Source: the human T2T-CHM13v2.0 reference genome, Homo sapiens. Taken from it: a DNA stretch of 64,000 nucleotides. This document shows, one piece after another, positions 34,001 through 45,025 of this stretch. The first letter of the stretch is position 1; every line of letters starts with the position of its first letter. Below the pieces are notes generated by a model that saw only the letters and a list, made by a program, of their open reading frames with translations, did not search any database and was not told where the DNA came from. The translations under genes were made by a program, and so were the position numbers. The stretch lies in the NCBI RefSeq assembly GCF_009914755.1, contig NC_060938.1; one strand, 5' to 3'.

Positions 34001-34688
34001 ACTCAGGAATGTCAGGAGACCATCAGGTGATGGTCAGACAGTTGTTATACTGTCTCTCTAAAATAATAATTGGTCACAGCTGATGCCAGGGAAAGGCTGT
34101 CTCCCAATAGATAGAAACACCTGAAGCTGGTGATCAGCAGCTTCTTGATAAGATCTCAGGAGTTGGGTGAGTGGGCTCAAGCATGCTACATCAAGAGGCA
34201 AAATGTTGGAGTTTAGTATATGACCTTCTTCTAGGAATACTTGACTGGTAAAGGAAGAATGCCTCAAGTGAGCCTGTGTACAACTCCAGTAAACACACTG
34301 TGCATGCAGCCCCCTCCCAAGTGCTGGCAGGCCACTGTGCATGCAGACAGCCCAAGGTAAGAATCAGGGGAGAAGTAACACAACCCTGGAAGCCTGGCAA
34401 CATATAAGACACCAAGTCAAAGGTCAAACTGGGCAGTTGATCTCTCAAGTCACCTGCTTGGCCCTCTTCTAAGTGCACTTTACTTTCTTTCATTCCTGCA
34501 CTAAAGCTTTTTAACAAACTTTCACTCCTGTTCAAAAAGTTCCCCCAGTTTCTCACTCTGCCTTGTGCCCCTCAGTCGAATTCTTTCTTCTGAAGAGGCA
34601 AAAACTGAAGTTGCTGCAGACCCATATGGATTTGCTGTTGCTAACATACTTTGGTGCAATGTGACTCATATGTTCCCTAGTGGTAACA
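28025..34688 (+). mobile_element. MER50-like ERV1 (MER4-group) provirus: LTR 28025-28657, internal region, LTR 33950-34646 plus an extension to 34688
   Basis: Two homologous LTRs (tgttNcagtaggtagtcagg...gctaaca), His-tRNA-like PBS, polypurine tract before 33950, gag/pro/RT remnants. Confidence 0.88.
30622..31295 (+). pseudogene. Decayed retroviral gag NC / protease / RT remnants
   Basis: CHWC*KTGHWKANF (30622), CPVCHKLGHWRWDC (30700-30741), RAAYSVL, LPQGFRNSP (31181), YVDN (31277). Confidence 0.8.
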
Positions 34689-34797
34689 TCTTTAGGTCTC
34701 AGATCCTGATAGGGACCAGAAAGCTCTGGAATTCTCTGTGCAACAAAAGATTACATCAGGGACAGAACGCACTCCCAGCTGAAGAGTGACTCAATTA

Positions 34798-36346
34798 TTA
34801 GGTTGGTGCAAACGTAATTGCAGTTTTTGCATTGTTGAAATTTGCTGTTTGATATTGGAATACATTCTTAAATAAATATGCTTATGTTGGCCGAGCACGG
34901 TGGCTCACGCCTGTAATCCCAGCATTTTGGGAGGCCAAGGCAGGTGGATCACGAGGTCAGGGGATAGAGACCATCCTGGCTAACATGGTGAAACCCCATC
35001 TGTACTAAAAATACAAAACAAAATTAGCCGGGTGTGGTGGCAGGTCCCTGTAGTCCCAGCTACTCAGGAGGCTGAGGAAGGAGAATGGCATGAACCCAGG
35101 AGGCGGAGCTTGCGGTGAGCCAAGGTCACACCATTGCACTCCAGCCTGGGCGACAGAGTGCGACTCCGTCTCAAAAAAAAAAAAAAAAAAGAAAAAAAAT
35201 ATATATGCGCTTATGTTATATATCATTTTAATGTGCATTTCTTGCTTTGCATTTTTTTTGGCTAAGGACTTGTTACTTGCTGTTTATTTTATACTTATTT
35301 TAGACTATGGAAATGGTGTTAGACAAAAAGCAAATTTGAGCGATTTTCTTATTTGAGTTCAAAATGGGTTGTAAAGCAGTGCAGACAACTCACATCATCA
35401 ACAATGCATTTGGCCCAGGAGCTGCTAACAAATGTACAGTGCAGTGGTGGTTCAAGAAGTTTTGCAAAGGAGACGAGAGCCTTGAAGATGAGGAGTATAG
35501 TGGCTGGCCATTGGAAGCTGATGACAAATTGAGAGCAATTATCCAAGCTGATCCTCTTACAACTGCACTAGAAGTTGCTGACCATTCTACATTCAGCATT
35601 TGAAGCAAATTGGAAAGATGAAAAAGCTCAATAAATGGATACCTCATGAGCTGACTCAAAGTCAAAAAAATTATTATTTTAAAGTGTCATCTTCTCTTAT
35701 TCTATGCAACAACAGTGAACCACTATCCAGTTGAATCATGATGTGCAATGAAAAGTGAATTTTATATGACAACCAGCAATGACCAGCTCAGTGGTTGGAC
35801 TGAGAAGAAGCTCCAAAGCACTTACCAAAGCCAAACTTGCACCAAAAAAAGGCCATGGTCACTGTTTGGTGGTCTGCTGGTCTGATCCACTACAGCTTTC
35901 TGAATCCTGGCAAAACCATTACTTCTGAGAAGAATGCTCAGCAAATTGATGAGATGCACTGAAAACTGCAACACCTGCAGCAGGCATTGGTCAACAGAAA
36001 AGGCCCAGTTTTCCATGACAATGTCCAACCACTCATTGCACAACCAACATTTCAGAAGTTGAATTAACTGGGCTTTGAAGTTTTGCCTCATCTGTCATAT
36101 TCACCTGACCTCTCACCAACTGACTACCACTTCTTCAAGTATCTCGACAACTTTTTGCAGGGAACACACTTCCACAACCAGCAGGATGCAGAAAATGCTT
36201 TCCAAGAGTTTGCTGAATCCTGAAGCATGGATTTTTATGCTACAGGAATAAATAAACTTATTTCTCATTGGCAAAAATGTGTTGATTGTAATGGTTCCTA
36301 TTTTTATTACTAAAGATGTGTTTGAGCCTAGTTATAATGATTTAAA
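34798..36346 (+). mobile_element. Hsmar1 mariner transposon, transposase inactivated, right TIR missing
   Basis: TA+TTAGGTTGGTGCAAA TIR; ATG 35307 MEMVLDKKQI*; TVQWWFKKF; KWIPHEL; YSPDLSPTDYHFF; stops and frameshifts. Confidence 0.95.
34889..35199 (+). mobile_element. AluY-like insertion in the Hsmar1 5' UTR
   Basis: gagaatggcatgaaccc / gagcttgc diagnostic positions; TSD ...gcttatgtt. Confidence 0.9.
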
Positions 36347-36713
36347 TAATTTAATTATTATTATATTATTAATACTATATAATTAGTCATATTCTGTATT
36401 CCAAACCCTTTCTTTGAAAACTCCTACGTTCCCTCCACAAATTGAAGAGTGGAATTGCTTTCTACTCTTCCCCTGCTAGCATGGATAATAAAGACATCTT
36501 GCTCCCTCTTATCATAACTATTATTATTTTGACGTCTTTCCACAAGCAGCAAGCAGCTGGACTCTTTTGCTGGTTATGCTTGTTAAGTGGTATGTGCAGC
36601 ATTCTGCAGAATATTATTCAGACAACAAGTCCTGCACTTCCCCTAGGTTTCCTCCCAAGTTGTGGGTGAGGCCTTTTCTGAAACCCTCCTCCAACCTTTC
36701 TGAATTCTGGGGC

Positions 36714-36863
36714 TATAAATTCCAGGAATCTTTGAGTTGTTCAGATAGAATCTGCAGTGCCTGAAATCCAGCCTGCTGCTTACTCACATCCTCGTACTCA
36801 GCTGCAGACTGCCTGACAGAAGGGCTGCCAAACTGCACTCCAGACAGACAGGTGCACAGCCAG
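36714..36863 (+). promoter_or_regulatory. DHRS2: Candidate upstream (non-LTR12) DHRS2 promoter and alternative first exon
   Basis: TATAAA at 36714-36719, ATG-free ~120-nt segment, near-consensus donor CAG|gtaagc at 36864; alternative promoter use is described for HEP27 as I recall. Confidence 0.65.
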
Positions 36864-37194
36864 GTAAGCCTGGGCCAGCATCACACTGCCCAGGGCAGGC
36901 ATGATGTGGCTCAGGCTGGGGCTGCCTTGCCTCACTGCCTTGGGTTGGGTCTATAATGACTGGAACTGCCCATCTTCACTCCTGTTTACTTTTTATGTTG
37001 ATGCTCTTTCTTCCTGCCTCTATGTCTGCAGCTCAGTCTATTTCTTCTTTGATTATCAATACAAAGCTCTTGGGGCTATCAAAGTCCTTTGGACCACCCA
37101 AGTCAACCCCTTATTTTACTGTGATACAGATGGAGGCAAGAGGGGAACAGACTTGTCCAAGATCACACAGCTTCTGCTGATATCTCCTTAGTGC

Positions 37195-38093
37195 TGATGA
37201 AAAAGAGTCAAACTGTAAAATATTTGAAGAGATTTATTCTGAGCCAAATGTGAGGACCATGACCCATGACACAGGTCCAGGAGGTCCTGGGAATATATTC
37301 CCAAGGTGGTTGGGTTGCAGCTTGATTTTATACATCTTAGGAGAACAGAAGCTACAGGCAGAGACACAAATCAATACATGTAAGGATTACATTGTTTTGG
37401 CCCAGAAAGGCAGGACATCTTGAAGTGGGGGCTTCCAGGTCACAGGTAGATTTAAAGATTTTCTGATTGGCAAGTGGTTGAAAGGGTTAAGCTCTGCCTA
37501 AAGAGTTGAGGTCAATAGAAAGATATGTTTGTAGTTAAGATAAGGGGAGTTGTGGGAGCCAAGGTTCTTGTTAACGTAGATGAAGCCTCCAGGTAGTAGG
37601 CATCATAGATAATAGATTGTAAATATTTTTTATCAGATCCTAAAAGGTGCCAGACTCTTAGTTAAATCTCTCTTGGATCAGGAAAAGACCTGGAAAGAGA
37701 AGGGGATTTTCTATAGGATGTAAATTTTCCTCACAAGAGACAGCTTTGCAGGGCCATTTCAAAAAATGTCAAAGAAATGCATTTTGATGTAAAATACTTC
37801 AGTTTTTTTCAGGACCTGCTATCTGTCATGTGATGCTATACTAGAGTCAGGTTAGAATTTGGTATCTTATTGCTAAAAGTCTGTTTTTTCAGCCCTAAGA
37901 TCTCCATTTTACTGTTAATGCTGGTCAGTCATGCCTGAACTCAAAAGGGAGGAGGGTATAATGAGGCATGTCCAACCCTGTATTCCCATCATGGCCTGCA
38001 CTGGTTTTTTAAGTTGACTTTGGAATGCCCTTTGCCAAGCAGAGGAGTGCTTTCAGTTGGTTGGGGAGCTTAGAATTTTATTTCCTGTTTACA
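37195..38093 (-). mobile_element. MER4 (D1-like) solo LTR
   Basis: Reverse complement of TGTAAAC...AAATAAAATTCTAAG; ~900 bp. Confidence 0.8.
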
Positions 38094-38726
38094 TTATTCT
38101 CTTTTCTGATTTTCAATATTTCTAACTCTTCCATGTCTCTCATTCTTTCTCCTCTAATCTTTGTTTTCTTCCTCTACCCCCCCCACCCCTTTCCTTTTCC
38201 CTTCTCTTCTCTCTTTGGACCAGTGCTGAAGGCCATTCACCTCCAAGATGGGACTAGGTTAAGGGTGTGCCCATTCAGCTTCCCCACCCCCAAATTTGGG
38301 CATCTGAATTGATAAGCATGGAAAGGGGTATCAGAGTGGGCAGTGCCAGGCTCAGGGACCATTCTAAGCTCCCAGGACCTGTGGTCAATTCTGCTGCAGC
38401 TGACCGAGCTGACTGTTTTGGGGAAAGCATAAGTGAGTGGGGTAGGGTGAACCAGAGGCCTTGGAAGCTGCTCACTCTTCCCATCCTCCCAGGCAAAAGA
38501 GGGGCTTTGCATGGGAAGGGGAAGCAGGGGAGACAGAGGAGGCCTGACTTCATCTCTGCAGGTTGTTTACCTGCAACAGTCCAGGCAGAGTTGCCTTTCC
38601 TTACAATAGGTCAGCTTTCCTGCAAACCACATTGAGGCAAGTTCAGACAAGCAGGGCTTGGTAAGAACTGTTAGAGGCCAGAAAGGGGACAGCCAGACTT
38701 GCTGAGCTAGGAACACATCTCACAGG

Positions 38727-38760
38727 TGCTGTTACTCTAGCCTTCCAGCAGGGGGCGTCC
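38727..38760 (+). promoter_or_regulatory. CTCF binding motif (core plus upstream ZF9-11 submotif)
   Basis: CCAGCAGGGGGCG at 38745-38757 with TGCTGTTAC at 38727-38735. Confidence 0.7.
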
Positions 38761-40624
38761 TGTCCCGACAAAAGGCGAGTCCTCTTTTTCCTGCTGTCCT
38801 CCCAGCCAAGGAGACTGGATTCCTCTCAACCTCAAAAGGGGGTTAATCTGAGCTCGCAGCAGAAGGAGAGGAGTTCCCCAGGGGGGGCATAACAATGTTC
38901 AGAATCTGGTGTCCTGTTTAGAAAAGGTAGACCAATCAGGAGCTGAAACCCCTTGTCTCCACGTAATGCAAGGCTGTAAATATGACCTTGCAGGAAGGAG
39001 AGAGGCGTGAGAGAGTAAGCGAGAGCAACAGCAGGCAGAGTGGAAGCAGCTGGGAGGAAAGAGGGAGGAGGTCTAGGACCTACAAAGATTGTTTTTGGAA
39101 ATACAATATCAGAAGAGATATAAATCGGAAATCAAGGCTTCCTTCCCAAAGCAAAGCATTTGGTCGCCTGCATTTTGACACTGAGTACAGACTGATATTT
39201 AATAGACAGTTTCTTCACAATTCCTGAGCAGCACCCATTCACTTATAATTTATAGATACAGACCCCTAACTCGAAGGAACTGAGTTATGCAAGAGTTGCT
39301 AAGGAACAAGGGGAGATGCAGTAGGTAAGGCAGGGGTTGCTTAGTAACCAGGAGTCCCTTGGTGATGGAGTGGCCAGAGCATGTCTGGAACTGATGAGGG
39401 TCTGTAGACAGAGTCATCCCAGGCCAGAGCCTCCTGCAAGTTCACATCTGTCGGCCCCTTGGCCCAGAGCTGCCAGAGCCTGCCTCTCTTCACCTTCCTG
39501 GCACTGTCCTGTCCCACATGAAAAGCACACTGCTAAGTCCCTGAGTGCCCTGCTAACTAACCCCTTGCTGGAACCACTCCTTCCCTCCCTCTCTCAACAG
39601 GAAGCTCATCAGATTCTTCCATTAGAGTAGGGAATGGCAGGCCAATGGGAATCCCACATAGGGGAAGGCAGGAGCCTCTGGGCTAACATGAATGTGGAGC
39701 TGGGAAATTAGGATTTGGGTGAAAGAGGGTCTCCTAGACAAGCATCCCTGGCATTTTCCAGTTCATGGTGATATATCTTCATACCTGAGTCTCCCATGCC
39801 AGATCCTCTCCCTGCCTTCACATCTGCGCATAGCTACAGAGGCACACCGTTCCCTTCTGAAGGGCCTCCTGAGGGCACAGGTCTCCACACAGCAGCCTGG
39901 ATGTCTGTGGCTGGTTTAACTGGCTCAGCTCCACGGACATCCCTTCAGAGAGCTTCAATCAGCACCGGCCTGCTGGAGTCATTCAGAACTGCAGTCTGCT
40001 TTCTCAGGCATGAGCCCCCCATTCTCTGTATTCCAGGCACATAGGCATCCCTGCTCTCTCCCAAACACCCTGGACATCCACACCCTCCATTCTTCCTCTC
40101 AGCCTGTTCCCCTTGACAGGAGGATCTATCCTGTTGCTGCCCCTGTCAAAATCCTCCTCAGTCTTGCAGGTCCTATCTACCTGCAACTTTCCCAGCCTGA
40201 TTAGCTCACCAGCCTTATTGAGCACTCCTGTGTTTCAAGCCCTGGGCCCCAAGAGGGAGGAGTGGAGCCTGTGTTCAAGGAACTCACATGACACTCATTA
40301 CTGATCCTCTGCTTCCTGGCTAGGATACTCCATGAAAGCCCTCTGTGAACTGAATGTTTAAAATCAGAAAGTTTTGCTTATTTAAAGCAAAGCCCTTTGC
40401 ATAGAACAACTTTGAGAAAGTATCTGAGATGCTGGCAAATTTTCTTCTGAGAAGGGAATTGGAGGATTTAATTTTTGAATTAAGTTTTAAGCTGCTTGAA
40501 TTTTAAAATTTACCATGAGCAGGTAATCTTTACTTTTAAACTTTTAAATTGTGAATTATAACACATACGTAAAAAGTATACACATACATAGGTGATATAA
40601 TATATCTTCATGGACATCATGTAG

Positions 40625-40995
<371 letters not shown>

Positions 40996-41342
40996 TGTTT
41001 GCACCTTCTTAATCATAACTGCCTCCCCACAGCTCTACTGCGGAAATACCCACTCTCCTCACTTTTGTGGTGATCACTGCCCTGCATTTCTCTGTATTTT
41101 TGTCACCTGTTTGCCTTCTTAAGCAATATAGAATTGTTTTACCTGTTGTTGAAACTTGTGGACTCAAATAATATGTATTCTTTTGTGTCTGACTTCTTTT
41201 ACTCAACAGTATATTTTTTAAGATTCCTTTATGTTGTTCAGTGTGGCTTCAGCTCATTCATTTTCATTATTGTATAGTATTCCATTATAGAAATGCAACA
41301 CAGTTTGTTTATCCATTCCACCGTTAATAGGCATATAGACTT

Positions 41343-42023
<681 letters not shown>

Positions 42024-42255
42024 GACTTGTTTCCAGTTTGGAACATTCTAAGCAGGCTTCTCTGAACCTGTGTGTACAGTCTCTTGGTGCACACATGACC
42101 TCCTGTCTGCAGGATGCAAGTTCCCTCTACAGAGTCAGAGATCTTTATTTTCAACTTCTCCGTATAATGCCAAATCATTTCCCAAAGTGATTGTACTTAC
42201 CCTCTACCCAGCAGTGAATGAGAGTTTCTGTTGATTTTGCTTTTTCAACTAGAAG

Positions 42256-43278
42256 TGAGAGGTGACAATATGCTAGCAGCCCTTGCTCACTCTTGGTGCC
42301 TCCTCGTCCTCCACATCCACTCTGGCTGCACTTGAGGAGCCCTTCAGCCCACCACTGCACTGTGGGGGCCCCTCTCTGGGGCTGGCCAAGGCCGAAGCCA
42401 GCTCCCTCTGCTCGCCAGGAGGTGTGGAGGGAGAGGCGCCGGCAGGAGCCCACACTGTACAGGGCACTCACCGGCCAGCAGGGGCTCCGTGGGCCGGCCG
42501 GTGCCAGCTGGGCCTGACTGGGGGATGAGCTCCCTCTGGGCTGCTGGAGTGCCTGGGCTAGGTGCCGCAAAGTCCTGCAGTGTGTGCCATTGAGAGGTGA
42601 AGCCGGCTGGGCTTCTGGGTCCGGTGGGGACCTGGAGAACTTTTCTGTCTAGCTAAAGGTTTGTAAATGCACCCATCAGCACTCTGTGTCTAGCTAAAGG
42701 TTTGTAAATGCACCAATCAGCAATCTGTGTCTAGCCAATCTGGTGGGGACTTGGAGAACTTTTGTGTCTAGCTAAAGGATTGTAAATGCACCAATCAGCA
42801 CTCTGTGTCTAGCTAAAGGTTTGTAAATGCACCAATCAGCACTCTGTCAAAACGGACCAATCAGCTCTCTGTAAAACAGACCAATCAGCTCTCTGTAAAA
42901 TGGACCAATCAGCTCTCCATAAAATGGACCAATCAGCAGGATGTGGGTGTGGCCAGTTAAGGGAATAAAAGCAGGCTGCCTGAGCCGGCAGCAGCAACCT
43001 GCTCTGGTTCCCTTCCACGCTGTGGAAGCTTTGTTCTTTTGGTCTTCATGATAAATCTTGCTGCTGCTCACTCGTTGGGTCCGTGCCACCTTTAAGAGCT
43101 GTAACACTCACCGCGAAGGTCTGCAACTTCACTCCTGGGGCCAGCAAGACCACGAATGCACCGAGAGGAATGAACAACTCTGGACACACCATCTTTAAGA
43201 ACCGTAATACTCACCGCAAGGGTCTGCAACTTCATTCTTGAAGTCAGTGAGGCCAAGAACCCATCAATTCCGTACACA
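42256..43278 (+). mobile_element. 5' LTR12 (LTR12D-like)
   Basis: GC-rich 5' block, second TGAGAGGTGA at 42591, CCAAT repeats, U5 repeats, ends ...CGTACACA. Confidence 0.9.
42640..42975 (+). promoter_or_regulatory. LTR12 U3 enhancer/promoter: NF-Y CCAAT array plus TATA-like AATAAAA
   Basis: Eight intact CCAAT boxes (42713, 42735, 42791, 42832, 42857, 42881, 42905, 42929) in ~41-bp and 24-bp repeats; AATAAAA at 42964-42970. Confidence 0.85.
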
Positions 43279-43401
43279 TTTTGGTGACTTTGAAGAGACT
43301 GTCACCTATCACCAAGTGGTGAGACTATTGCCAAGCAGTGAGACTATTGCCAAGTGGTGAGACCATCACCAAGCGGTGAGACTATCACCTATCGCCAAGT
43401 G
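42990..43401 (+). other. DHRS2: LTR12/ERV9-derived non-coding first exon of DHRS2 (start approximate)
   Basis: Begins ~25 nt after the LTR TATA-like AATAAAA (42964) and ends at the proviral donor AAGTG|gtgagt (43402). The next good acceptor is 45456. Consistent with my recollection that DHRS2 is LTR12-driven and HDAC-inhibitor inducible. Confidence 0.8.
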
Positions 43402-43407
43402 GTGAGT
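43295..43407 (+). repeat. Tandem 19/26-bp repeat (gagactattgccaagtggt) in the HERV9 leader
   Basis: Five units visible, each ending in GTGAG. Confidence 0.9.
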
Positions 43408-44334
43408 ACCATCAGATCCCTTTCATTTGCTATTCTGTCCTATTTTTCCTTAGAATTCGGTGGCTAAATTCTGGGCACCTGTCGGCCAGTTAAAAGTGAC
43501 TAGCGCAGCCGCTGGACTAAAAACGTGGGTGTCAGGCTTTCTGGGAAAGGGATCTCTAACAACCCCTGGCTCTGTGGAGTTGGGAATGTTGTTTTGCCTG
43601 GAACCAGCTTCCGCTTTTCCTGTACTTCTGGGCTGAGCTGAGGGTCAACAGAGAGGAAAGCCATTCAGCTCCGGAGTCCCCACAACAAGTTGGTTGACCC
43701 TGCGGCCATGAGCGGAACTCTCAAAGGCATGTTGCCCAAGTGAGACTCACCTATCTATCCTATCTATCCTGACCCTTGCTCGCTGGGTCCTAATGCCTGC
43801 CAGACAAACTTTCTCTCTCCTCTCTTCTCCTAGGCTAGTCCCACTTCTAAAAAACCACTCCCTGTCTCTGGTGCTTTTCTAATTTCTCTTATAAGAATGA
43901 TTTCTAGTAAAAATTTCAGGACTCTGTTACCTTCTTTAGGCACCTGGGCTCACCAATCAGAAAGACATAATTTTTGCCCAAAGCCCAGTTGTAGGGGGAA
44001 CTATCTGGAATTTTAGAATCCCTCCTCAGATAAGCAGGTCTAACAAAAGCTATTCCTGAAGCTAGGATAGGGGGAGCCTCAGAAATTGTATCCTTCCTAT
44101 TCATATAAGTGAGGACAAAAGGTGTCACTTTTCCAACCCTGGAGACCCCTTCCCTCCCTCAGGTTACTCTTCTTCATTTTTGGGGCATAACATCTTTATA
44201 GGACACGGGTAAGTTCCCAATACTAACAGGAGAATGCTTAGGACTCTAACAGGTTTTCGAGAATGCGTCGGTAAGGGCCACTAAATCCGATTTTTCTCGG
44301 TCCTCCTCATGGTCTAGGAGGACAAGCAAGGGTG

Positions 44335-45025
44335 CAGCACTCTATGTCTAGCTAATCAGGTGGGGACTTGGAGAACTTTTGTGTCTAGCGAAAGGATTGT
44401 AAATGCACCAATCAGCACTCTGTGTCTAGCTAAAGGTTTGTAAACACAGCAATCAGCACTCTGTCAAAATGGACCAATCAGCTCTCTATAAAACAGACCA
44501 ATCAGCTCTCTGTAAAATGGACCAATCAGCAGGATGTGGACAGGGCCAGATAAGGGAATAAAAGCAGGCCACCCGAGCCAGCAGCAGCAACCTGCTTGAG
44601 TCCCCTTCCACACTGTGGAAGTTTTGTTCTTTCGCTCTTTGCAATAAATCTTGATTCACTGCTGCTCACTCTTTGGGTCCGCGCTGCCTTTAAGAGCTGT
44701 AACACTCACCACGAAGGTCTGCAACTTCACTCCTGAGGCCAGTGAGACCACAAACCCTCCAGAAGGAATGAACAACTCCAGACGCACTGCCTTTAAGAGC
44801 TGTAACACTCACTGCGAAGGTCTGCAGCTTCACTCCTGAAGCCAGCAAGACCACTAACCCACCAGGAGGAATGAACAACTCCGGACGGGAGGAATGAACA
44901 ACTCCGGATGGGAGGAATGAACAACTCCGGACACACCATCTTTAAGAACTGTAACACTCATTGCGAGGGTCCGTGGCTTCATTCTTGAAGTCAGCGAGAC
45001 CAAGAACCCACCAATTCCAGACACA
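44335..45025 (+). mobile_element. 3' LTR12 lacking its 5' U3 portion
   Basis: Four CCAAT boxes, AGATAA, AATAAAA at 44557, AATAAA at 44643, U5 repeats. Confidence 0.9.

Larger units (their letters stand above)
42256..45025 (+). mobile_element. Internally deleted HERV9 provirus (LTR12 - leader - 5'-truncated LTR12)
   Basis: TGAGAGGTGAC start, ...ACACA end, 4-bp TSD GAAG at 42252-42255 and 45026-45029; decayed PBS at ~43281. Confidence 0.92.

Noticed and set aside
35307-36330. Possible SETMAR gene or active transposase
   Set aside because: Multiple stops and frameshifts, no SET exons; a dead Hsmar1 copy
42640-42940. Regularly spaced repeats resembling a CRISPR array
   Set aside because: These are LTR12 U3 enhancer repeats with no unique spacers, in eukaryotic DNA with no cas genes
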